This document shows, piece after piece, positions 1-8,271 of a stretch of 64,000 nt of DNA. Numbering within the stretch: the first letter of the stretch is position 1; each line of letters starts with the position of its first letter. The stretch is from positions 1 through 64,000 of the forward strand of contig JBNKOC010000026.1 of NCBI GenBank assembly GCA_050294405.1. Reading direction: 5' to 3'. The position numbers and the translations under genes are program-made. Source of the stretch: Fibrobacteria bacterium (GTDB lineage: Bacteria; Fibrobacterota; Fibrobacteria; UBA11236; JADFYW01). The notes below the pieces were generated by a model that was given only the letters and a program-made list of their open reading frames with translations, searched no databases and had not been told where the DNA came from.

Positions 1-48
1 TTCAGTTAACAACTATTATTTTAAGCCTTGAAGGGGATTTAAGCACAG

Positions 49-714
49 ATGAAAAAAAGTATTACCACAATTTTTTGCCTGATTATTGTATTGACCATTT
101 TCCTGGGTTGCTCAAGCTCAAATCAACATACCCACGGAAAAATTTCCACACTAAGCGCTGCATCCAGTGAAGATTACCACGCCTGCGAACACAAAGTCCC
201 AAAAGAAGTATGCACTCAATGTAACCCTCATCTGGTGCAGGATTTCAAAAAAGTGGGAGACTGGTGTCCGGAGCATTCTGTTCCTGAATCACAGTGTTTT
301 AAATGCCATCCAGACTTAAATTTTGCCCCTTTGCCGGAGCTTCCTGATGGAGCGGATATAAAAGAAATTTCTGCACAGGGCGAAGACGTCCCCAGCTTGG
401 AACCTCACGCTATTAATGGAAAAATTACTCTTTTTGATTTCTATGCTGTTTGGTGCAGCCCCTGCCGGGAAATTGACAGACATGTATATTCGCTTCTTAA
501 TACAAGAAACGATATAGCTGTCCGAAAACTAAATGTTGTTTCCTGGACCACGCCGCTGGCCAAGCGATACCTTCAGAATGTGAACGGCCTTCCCTATTTA
601 AGGGTTTATGATAAAGAGGGAAAATTTTATAAGGATATTTCCGGCTTTGACCTCCAAAAACTCGATAATGTTATTGCCGAAATTGGCGCCAAGGACAGTA
701 GCGAATCCCCATGA
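49..714 (+). CDS. Lipoprotein with tandem Cys/His metal-binding repeats fused to a thioredoxin domain
   Basis: Lipobox FLG-C21; two repeats CEHKVPKEVCTQCNP and CPEHSVPESQCFKCHP; thioredoxin motif FDFYAVWCSPC; GGGGA SD upstream. Confidence 0.75.
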   Translation: MKKSITTIFCLIIVLTIFLGCSSSNQHTHGKISTLSAASSEDYHACEHKVPKEVCTQCNPHLVQDFKKVGDWCPEHSVPESQCFKCHPDLNFAPLPELPDGADIKEISAQGEDVPSLEPHAINGKITLFDFYAVWCSPCREIDRHVYSLLNTRNDIAVRKLNVVSWTTPLAKRYLQNVNGLPYLRVYDKEGKFYKDISGFDLQKLDNVIAEIGAKDSSESP

Positions 715-1736
715 TAATTCTCCGGGTTCTTGCCTTTATTTTAGTTTTTCAAAATTTCTTAAACCCTTTAAAGGCATATGCCTGTGCGGGTTGCCGCAAC
801 CCCAATATGCCTGTGACCCGAACAGATGCTATGGAGTTAAGGAGCAACCACTTAAGGATTTCTGTAAATTTAGCTGCCACTGCTGCAAATGTTATTCATA
901 GCGCAGGATGTTCTGATCTGGAAAATTGCGATGAAACCCCGGTTCAACCGCTCCACAATCATGAACAATGGATAGTTCCAACCGAACTAAGAATGAACGG
1001 AGAATATGGAATTACAAAATCATGGGGTCTTGAAGCTCAAATCCCTTACCGGGTTGTATATACCGATGTGTCTTATAGTTCGGCAAATGGCAGGAACTAC
1101 ACGCCCATAAACGTAGGCATACATCACCGTGAGGAGGCATTGGCAGGGTTCGGAGATCCTTTAGTTTTTCTGCGTTGGTCCACAGAATCAAAAGGAGCAT
1201 TACTTTCTGTGAAAGCAGGCTCCACTTTACCTGTTGGCCAAACAGAAGAAAATCCTTTTAGGTTAGGTGATTTAAATCAAGAACATCAACATATTCAATT
1301 TGGTACAGGAACTTTTAATCCCGCTTTTGCCTTAGATGTATTCTTTCCAATGGGAACACATAGTATAACGGGTTTTTTCCAGGCTGAAATAGCTTTATAT
1401 GAAAATTCAAAGGGATTTCAGCCTGGGCACAAGTTACAGGGAGGCCTGCAATATGGCCGAAAAATAGCCCAAACCCTATCGGGTGGTGTGGGAGCTGAGG
1501 TTCTTGGAGAAGGGGCGGAGAAATGGGATGGAAAGATTCAGCAGGAAGGCAATTTGGGGAGAACAGATTTTTTAGTCTCTGCATTTTTAAATAAGTTAAG
1601 CGGACAACATATATTTGGATTTAATATGCGGGTTCCTGTATACCGTTATATTGTAGTTGGAGATGAGGACCCGGGAGAAATTTTTTCACCCCTAATGGTG
1701 GCCTTTATTTTTTCCCGGTCTTTCAATCTGAATTAA
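711..1736 (+). CDS. Putative outer-membrane beta-barrel (transporter-like) with N-terminal CxxC
   Basis: Signal peptide ending AYA followed by CAGC; His clusters; G(F)GD and QFGTGT motifs; amphipathic strands; C-terminus FIFSRSFNLN; ATGA overlap with the previous gene. Confidence 0.65.
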   Translation: MIILRVLAFILVFQNFLNPLKAYACAGCRNPNMPVTRTDAMELRSNHLRISVNLAATAANVIHSAGCSDLENCDETPVQPLHNHEQWIVPTELRMNGEYGITKSWGLEAQIPYRVVYTDVSYSSANGRNYTPINVGIHHREEALAGFGDPLVFLRWSTESKGALLSVKAGSTLPVGQTEENPFRLGDLNQEHQHIQFGTGTFNPAFALDVFFPMGTHSITGFFQAEIALYENSKGFQPGHKLQGGLQYGRKIAQTLSGGVGAEVLGEGAEKWDGKIQQEGNLGRTDFLVSAFLNKLSGQHIFGFNMRVPVYRYIVVGDEDPGEIFSPLMVAFIFSRSFNLN

Positions 1737-1758
1737 CATATTCTTAGAAATTCCAGAC

Positions 1759-2637
1759 CTACAAATTAAATTCAAAACCCACACGCATATACATTTCGTT
1801 GTAAAACATGTCGTTAATAAAGCCCTGGCTGGTTTCCCAGGACATTAAGTTCATGCCCAAATTGAGGTCCACATCAATTTCCAGATTATTCACCCTTAAT
1901 AAGGTATAACCTAAGCCCGTTTCAAAAGCGCAACTTCCCAAACCATCGGAAATAATTTCTTCTTCCCCTAAATAATAACCGTATTCATCATATACATCCG
2001 TATAGATTGGGTTGTAATAACTCCAAAACCTCAATTGGGGTGCTATTTCAAATTTAAAATAGGCATTCATGGGGCTTTTATTCACTTTGGAAAAATAGCG
2101 GCGGTATTGAAAAAGCCAATGCACTTGCCCCAGGTTATACATGGATTCATGTATGTTATTATAAGGGTTATATCCAAAAACCCCAAAGCCCGCCCCCATA
2201 GACAAACGGGTTTTTTGGCCGACATATCCATTTAACAAAAAACTCCCTCCTATTTCCTGCATTAATTGGCTGGGTTGCAGGTAGGAAGAAAAAGCGCGGA
2301 TTCCAAAACCTGTTTCACTAAAAACAGAACCCGAGTGATGGTGGGGGGTTCTTTCGTGGTAATCCCATTCTGGCTCGTCGTCATCTTCAATATGAATTTC
2401 CACATGGGAGTGGGAACCTCTTTTTATTCTTCTGTCATGGGAACTGGATTTTACAGTGGAGCTTTTAACTTTTCGCTCTCCGCTATAAGATTTTGAAGAC
2501 TTTTTTGTGGCCTCACTTAAGGTCCCTCGCCTGGCATGGGAAGTTGAAGAGCAGCCTATAATCGAGAAAATTAACCCAAAAACAGCAATTAACCAGGCCA
2601 AATTGGATTTTTTGAATTTTATTTTTAAGGAGTTCAT
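1759..2637 (-). CDS. Hypothetical lipoprotein with basic/His-rich linker and C-terminal beta-barrel-like domain
   Basis: Lipobox IIG-C29; Ser/Lys/Arg-rich then His/acidic segment; alternating Gly/aromatic strands; ends MRVGFEFNL. Confidence 0.6.
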   Translation of the reverse strand: MNSLKIKFKKSNLAWLIAVFGLIFSIIGCSSTSHARRGTLSEATKKSSKSYSGERKVKSSTVKSSSHDRRIKRGSHSHVEIHIEDDDEPEWDYHERTPHHHSGSVFSETGFGIRAFSSYLQPSQLMQEIGGSFLLNGYVGQKTRLSMGAGFGVFGYNPYNNIHESMYNLGQVHWLFQYRRYFSKVNKSPMNAYFKFEIAPQLRFWSYYNPIYTDVYDEYGYYLGEEEIISDGLGSCAFETGLGYTLLRVNNLEIDVDLNLGMNLMSWETSQGFINDMFYNEMYMRVGFEFNL

Positions 2638-2643
2638 ACCCTA

Positions 2644-2672
2644 TAGACGAAGCTAAAAGAAAAATCCGCTCA
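2644..2672 (-). promoter_or_regulatory. Candidate ECF-sigma-type promoter, probably giving a leaderless mRNA
   Basis: Minus strand TGAGCG-N17-CGTCTA, 6 nt before the ATG at 2637; no clear SD. Confidence 0.35.
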
Positions 2673-2900
2673 GGGTATTTTTAAATTTTTTATTGGACTA
2701 AATTGGTTGGGATAATTTAATACTATTTTTTAAAACAAAATTTTCCAGTGGATATTTTTTTATAAACATCCTATTTTAATTATTGGCTTAATAAAGTGGC
2801 CGTGGGTATTCTCGTAAGGCATTTTTTTGCGAAATTTTCAGGTAACCTTTAATGTTGTTTACCATTAAATTTCTATTGCCTTAAATACTATGGAGGGGTT

Positions 2901-5213
2901 ATGGACAGGTTTACCTCGTTTAGAAAGCTTGTATTTACTTTAATTCTGTCGCAGATAGTTTTTACTCAAATCGTTTTTGCGACATTACACTCTCGCACAA
3001 CTCAAGGGACATCATGGCAGGGGAATGTTGAGATATCAAGTCTCTCAAGAAAAATAACAGTCCATAAATACTTTTTAGATATTGAAGAAGACATTGAATT
3101 AATTCCTACTGGATGGCGTGAACCGCCCAACAACCTAAATACATTGGAAATTTACGGTACATTTAATATGCCTGCAAACACGGTAATCACTGGTATATTG
3201 ATTTGGGATGGGGACAATTTATTAAGAGGAAAATTAAAGGGGAAGGAAAATGCCCGCTTGGAATACGAAGAAGTAGTTGACAGAAATACCACACCTCCCC
3301 CAAGGCCCAGAGATCCAATATTAATAGAGAAATTGAATTCCTCAAATTTTTGGGATCTATACAATTGCGCCATTTATCCTGTTGAATGGGGAAAAGCAAG
3401 AAAAATAAGAATCCGATATCTAGTGCCTCAAAAATTTATCAACAATGAACCGGTGATGCAAATTCCATTCGGAATGTCTGGGGAGGTTCGCAACACTAGA
3501 AGTATTGAATTAAATACAAAAATACAAGGGTATAGTGATATCGAAATTATTGAATTACGCAAAGGCAATAAAACTGAAGTTCTTAACTTACCTCAAACTA
3601 TTACCTATGTAAATAGTCTAGATGTATATAATTCGACTTTTGTTAAAATCCCGGATCAGCCTCCCTCTCAAATGTTTAAGACCAGTTTTGAAGGAGGAGA
3701 TTGGAATGGAAGTTATATTATGTATTGGGGACAGCCACCAGATAGTTTACTTGTAAAATCTGGCTTAAGAAGAGAAACCATTTTTTTATGGAAGTGGAAC
3801 TTTTGGCATACTTTTGTTTATAATGACAACGGGACCAAAACCATTTCCCCTTTTGGGTCAGAAGCAATAACCCAAGCCTCAAAAATTTATCAGTCAAATA
3901 TTGAAATCACTTCTGGAGGGGATAAAGTGGCTTTAATGCTGGATAAAGGCTCTGCTGCAGAAAATAAATTATTCCCTTTATCCAAGAGTAATACAAATAG
4001 TTTTGACAGTTTGCAAAATTTTTTACTTAGTATAAATTCTGACTATCTTTTAGAGAATATTGATGGCACAGAGCCTCCGGTAAAAATCAGAATTTCCGAA
4101 GGTGAAAAAAATAATTTTTTCAAAAGAGGGGCCGAGTCTTTTGATGTTAGTCTTAAAGTAATTTACAATCTGTTTTCTGAGCATGAAAAGGTAATAAAAC
4201 ATATTGTATTCCTTTCAGCAGGCCCTGTTCCTGACTTACCCAACCTGGATGAATTCTATAACAACAGCGATGAAATCTTAAGAAATAAAATTACTTTCTC
4301 TGCTTATGGTTCTTCCCCCCGCTACCCAACCGGATATTGGCCAGGAGTGCCCATTCACAGGCTTGTGGAAAAACACGCTTTACTTACAGAAGGAGTGTTC
4401 AGTCAAAATTTTTGGATACCCAAAAAAAAAGAGGCTTTTTTTAAGGCTACTATAAGCAATTATAAAAAAGATTATAATGTAACACTATTGGATTCCACGT
4501 CCGTATGTTTATCTTATTACAATTCTCTTCCATACCAATTTTGTCAGGAACAACAATTTAAACCAGTCCGTGTGGATACTTTGTCTTTTGCGGGACACTC
4601 CACATCACACTGGGAAAACAGCATTGAGTGGAAAGCTTTTGATTTTGAGAATAACCTTTTGGGAAGTTATACCGAAATTCCAAATATTAATGAAACCCCT
4701 AAAGATACATTTTTGGTTAAACTATGGGCAGGAGCAGCAAATGCCGTTACTGACACCAGCTTTTTATCCAATAAAGGCGCTCGGTTTGGAATTGTTGATG
4801 AACAATATTCTTTGTTAGCACTGGAACAAGACCTGGTTTCAGAAAAAGAAAAGAAAAATCTGGAAGATGGTGGACTTCCCTTTTTATCAGATGACGAAAT
4901 ATTTTTATCCAAACCTTTGGAGGGTGATGAAAATAACTTATCTACTACTCCTTTAGCGTTTGGCTTAGATAAATTTAACTTCATATTACTTCCAAACAAT
5001 TCATTTCAAATAATTATCCCCGCTAATGAGCGATTTCAATCTGTAAAAATTTATGACTTAAAAGGAAAGGTTGTATATAATATTCCCATTAGCTCTATTG
5101 AATTTTCCAACTCTATTAAATTCATTAATAAGAATAAATTGCTCAAAGGAGTTTATTCTGTAATTGTTAAAACGAATAAAAATCAATACATTAGAAAATT
5201 TAATGTAATGTAA
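2901..5213 (+). CDS. Secreted VIT-like domain protein with T9SS type A-like C-terminal sorting domain
   Basis: Signal peptide; VIT-like segment (LEIYGTFNMP..VITGILIW..ARLEYEEVVDR..RDP..IYPV..KIRIRY); C-terminal VKIYDLKGKVV...GVYSVIVKT...KFNVM; GGAGGGG SD. Confidence 0.65.
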   Translation: MDRFTSFRKLVFTLILSQIVFTQIVFATLHSRTTQGTSWQGNVEISSLSRKITVHKYFLDIEEDIELIPTGWREPPNNLNTLEIYGTFNMPANTVITGILIWDGDNLLRGKLKGKENARLEYEEVVDRNTTPPPRPRDPILIEKLNSSNFWDLYNCAIYPVEWGKARKIRIRYLVPQKFINNEPVMQIPFGMSGEVRNTRSIELNTKIQGYSDIEIIELRKGNKTEVLNLPQTITYVNSLDVYNSTFVKIPDQPPSQMFKTSFEGGDWNGSYIMYWGQPPDSLLVKSGLRRETIFLWKWNFWHTFVYNDNGTKTISPFGSEAITQASKIYQSNIEITSGGDKVALMLDKGSAAENKLFPLSKSNTNSFDSLQNFLLSINSDYLLENIDGTEPPVKIRISEGEKNNFFKRGAESFDVSLKVIYNLFSEHEKVIKHIVFLSAGPVPDLPNLDEFYNNSDEILRNKITFSAYGSSPRYPTGYWPGVPIHRLVEKHALLTEGVFSQNFWIPKKKEAFFKATISNYKKDYNVTLLDSTSVCLSYYNSLPYQFCQEQQFKPVRVDTLSFAGHSTSHWENSIEWKAFDFENNLLGSYTEIPNINETPKDTFLVKLWAGAANAVTDTSFLSNKGARFGIVDEQYSLLALEQDLVSEKEKKNLEDGGLPFLSDDEIFLSKPLEGDENNLSTTPLAFGLDKFNFILLPNNSFQIIIPANERFQSVKIYDLKGKVVYNIPISSIEFSNSIKFINKNKLLKGVYSVIVKTNKNQYIRKFNVM

Positions 5214-5228
5214 TAGGAGTCGTTTTTA

Positions 5229-6536
5229 ATGAAATCCAAGCTTATCATCATTTCAATTTCACTGTTATTCTGCCTAGCACAATCCAGGGAAACAATATCT
5301 TTGTCTTATTTAGATAATGTAATTCCAGAAGATTTAATATTTCATAACTCTCTAAGCCGAGCCTATTCCACAATTTTTTACCCTGGAGTTTTGGACGATA
5401 CAACTAGAAGGAAAGTTTCTTTTGGATTATCGGAAACAGCGAGGGAAAATATTGAAACCTTAAACTTGCCATTGACTAAATATGACGTTAACCGAAAAGT
5501 TACAGATTTCATTACCCCTTATTTCTTATTCGAAAACAAAATTTCCAATTTATCTTTCGGATGGTACTTAGGTAAGGCAAACATAGATTTCAATAAAAAA
5601 CACGCTCTTTCATATGAAGATACCGTCCGGTCCTTTGATAACAGCAAAATGGAACTTGATGCGGCATTTTGGATAAAACCAAATATCAAATACTTAAAAG
5701 CCGTTTCTTTTTGGACCTCGCAGTTTTATCATTTTAGGGAAATTCATTTTGCAAACATAACCGATTTACAACGCTTACACACTCATTTCCATAATGAGAA
5801 AACTAGAAGAGACTTTCTTTTAACCACAAATTTTTCATTTTTGGAAAATCATTTTTCACTGATTAAAGTGGGTTATGGCCTTCAAAATATTAAGGCATCG
5901 GAAAAGCAGTTAGATTCTCTTTATTTTACCACTACTGATTTTATTTCTTCGAAGCAAAAATTTGATAATTCTTACGACAACCATCAGTTTAATTTTGAGT
6001 TTGGCCATATTGTTAAGAAAAATTTGTACAGCTTTGGTTTTGTTGCTGCGGACAAATGGTCAGAAAGTCAATATAAATTGGACTCAAAAGATTCTTCTGA
6101 TATATATATCAATGGTTTTTTCACCAGAGAGTTTGTTTTTCAATCTATAAGTCTTTTTACAGGTGGCAATATAAAAATAAAAGCAACACTGTTTAACAAT
6201 GATAATTCCTGGGCTGGATTTTGGAAGCTTTTTTCTGATTCCAAAACTGCAAAGTTCTCAAAATCCATTAAGGCTGGTTTCCCATTTTTGCTAATGTTTC
6301 AACCCACAAAACAACTAAACATATCAGCCGGAGGAGACATAAATTTTATTAAGGGGAATTCCAATTATCATTCGCCTTTAGACCAATTTAATATTTCAAA
6401 ATATGCAGGTTTTAACTATCGCTTCTACCCCTTTAGTTTTACCTACTCTCCTAATACTAAATTAAAGGTTTCCATTTTTCCCAAAATCGAAAACAACATA
6501 TTTCTTAGTTCTGGCCAATTAAGCTACTGTTTCTAA
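5229..6536 (+). CDS. Hypothetical outer-membrane beta-barrel protein
   Basis: Signal peptide; aromatic-rich alternating strands; terminal Phe (GQLSYCF); AGGAG SD. Confidence 0.55.
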   Translation: MKSKLIIISISLLFCLAQSRETISLSYLDNVIPEDLIFHNSLSRAYSTIFYPGVLDDTTRRKVSFGLSETARENIETLNLPLTKYDVNRKVTDFITPYFLFENKISNLSFGWYLGKANIDFNKKHALSYEDTVRSFDNSKMELDAAFWIKPNIKYLKAVSFWTSQFYHFREIHFANITDLQRLHTHFHNEKTRRDFLLTTNFSFLENHFSLIKVGYGLQNIKASEKQLDSLYFTTTDFISSKQKFDNSYDNHQFNFEFGHIVKKNLYSFGFVAADKWSESQYKLDSKDSSDIYINGFFTREFVFQSISLFTGGNIKIKATLFNNDNSWAGFWKLFSDSKTAKFSKSIKAGFPFLLMFQPTKQLNISAGGDINFIKGNSNYHSPLDQFNISKYAGFNYRFYPFSFTYSPNTKLKVSIFPKIENNIFLSSGQLSYCF

Positions 6537-6552
6537 CTCCCAAAAGGAAGAC

Positions 6553-6581
6553 AAAAAAACCGGGCCATGTTACTGACCCGG
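6553..6581 (-). terminator. Rho-independent terminator
   Basis: Minus strand CCGGG...CCCGG stem followed by T7, downstream of 6601-7071. Confidence 0.65.
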
Positions 6582-6600
6582 CCATGTACATTTTAAAGTC

Positions 6601-7071
6601 TTAAGAAATCAGGCTTTTAGACCATTGGGGAGTGGGACATTGGATAAAACAATGTTCCAGCAAATCCAGCCAATCCTGTTTTTTAAATGGCCGCTGCAAA
6701 TATATAACGGAACCATCGGGTTGAATGGGGTCTTTGGCAGAAACCAATTCCACTACCCAGCACTCGGGAATGCAATCGGACACAATAGTGGAAAAATTTT
6801 CAATACCCACAGCATCAAGAGAGCGGTCGATGATAATCATATTAGGTGGGGCGCCAATTTTTAAAGGGGCTTCCAGGCTGGCAATAGCAAGTTCAAGCCC
6901 GCTGGTTCTGGAAATGGAATCCATGCGAATGCCGTTTTCGGCCATCCATTTGAAAGTCCATCGGCAAACATTATTGCTAAATGTAGTTTCCTTGCCAATC
7001 CAAATGACATTCTTGGAAACCTGCTCCTCGAAGCCAAGTCCCATTCCTTCAATTTCGTTTAGTGGTACCAT
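6601..7071 (-). CDS. Atypical stand-alone response-regulator receiver-like protein
   Basis: beta1 VIWIG, PNMIIID (phospho-Asp position), VVELVS and YLQRPF (KPF-like). Confidence 0.55.
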   Translation of the reverse strand: MVPLNEIEGMGLGFEEQVSKNVIWIGKETTFSNNVCRWTFKWMAENGIRMDSISRTSGLELAIASLEAPLKIGAPPNMIIIDRSLDAVGIENFSTIVSDCIPECWVVELVSAKDPIQPDGSVIYLQRPFKKQDWLDLLEHCFIQCPTPQWSKSLIS

Positions 7072-7220
7072 AATTTTTTGCTAGTGGCCAAAAGGCCTGT
7101 GTTTTAGAATTTTGTTAGGTGTTTCCAAATTTAAAGTAGTAAGATAGGTTTCTTACATATCGATGTATAAGAGATTTTTTTATTTTGGAGAAAGTTTTTT
7201 ACCCAATCTACCCTGAAAAA

Positions 7221-8231
7221 ATGTCACTTTTTGCAACCAATCCCGAATTTGCCGCTATCGAAGCCCTGCTTGGAAAAGCCCGATTAAAAAACACCAAACA
7301 TGGTATTGGGGATGATGCGTTTTTAGCAAAAATAGGTAAAAAAGTGTGGGCCATTTCCACAGATTCCAGTCTGGAAGGGGTCCATTTTAGATTAGACTGG
7401 CAGCCTCCTGAGCAGGCCCTGGAAAAGGCCATTTTATCCAACCTTTCCGACCTCAATGCCATGGGAGCCAATTGCCGCTATTTGTTTTTAAGTCTGGGGG
7501 TGCTGCCCCATTGGGACAAAAACATTTTTAAAAAACTGGGGGCCCGAATTTCCCGGCTCGAAAAAAAACACGGCTTTCAACTAGCCGGAGGCGATACGGT
7601 TTTATCTCCCAAGGCTGCCTTTTTTTCCATTAGCGTGTTCGGCCCGGTGGCAAAAAAACCTTTGCTTAGAAGTGCCGCCAAACCAGGACATAAAATTTAT
7701 GTATCCGGAACACTGGGAAACTCGGCCGCTGGACTTTGGCTCCTAAACCGTAAAACAAAAAACTCCAACCATTCAGTTTTTGAAAAAAAATGTATCCGTT
7801 CCCATTTTCTGCCTTCTCCCCCGCTAAAGTTAGGCGAAGTGTTGTCAGAATTTAAAAGTGATGTGGCCGGCATCGATATTAGCGATGGCCTTTCATCGGA
7901 ACTAGGACATTTAAGCGCCCAATCCAAAGTTCGACTGGAAATAGAGCTTGAAAAAGTTCCTTGCCACCAAAAATTAAAAACGATTGTTCCCCATCAATGG
8001 AAAAATTGGGTTTTGCATGGGGGCGAAGAATACCAGCTTCTTTTTTGCGGAAATTTTTCTCAAAAAGAATTAATTCGACTTACCAAAATTTGCCCCGTGC
8101 GGGAAATTGGACAGGTTAAAGCAGGAAAAGGAGTTTGGCTAAAAAAAGGTCAAAAATTGGAAAGGCTATTGGCAAATGGTTACAGGCATTCAAATCAATC
8201 CATTGAAATGCCAAGATTTATTATGCCATAA
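7221..8231 (+). CDS. thiL: Thiamine-monophosphate kinase
   Basis: GIGDDA, STD..EGVHF, NLSDLNAMGA, GGDT, IDISDGL and GGEEY motifs; ATG 7221 preferred over TTG 7185. Confidence 0.92.
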   Translation: MSLFATNPEFAAIEALLGKARLKNTKHGIGDDAFLAKIGKKVWAISTDSSLEGVHFRLDWQPPEQALEKAILSNLSDLNAMGANCRYLFLSLGVLPHWDKNIFKKLGARISRLEKKHGFQLAGGDTVLSPKAAFFSISVFGPVAKKPLLRSAAKPGHKIYVSGTLGNSAAGLWLLNRKTKNSNHSVFEKKCIRSHFLPSPPLKLGEVLSEFKSDVAGIDISDGLSSELGHLSAQSKVRLEIELEKVPCHQKLKTIVPHQWKNWVLHGGEEYQLLFCGNFSQKELIRLTKICPVREIGQVKAGKGVWLKKGQKLERLLANGYRHSNQSIEMPRFIMP

Positions 8232-8271
8232 TAAATTGGGAGCTTTGAAGGAAATCTCCCGCTAGTAAACT

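Noticed and set aside
295..309. CFKCH as a c-type heme attachment site
   Set aside because: The equivalent position in the first repeat is CTQCN, so it belongs to a CxxCxP repeat; no cytochrome context
2815..2832. Sigma54-like GG/GC promoter upstream of the VIT gene
   Set aside because: GG-to-GC spacing is 9 nt, not the required 10
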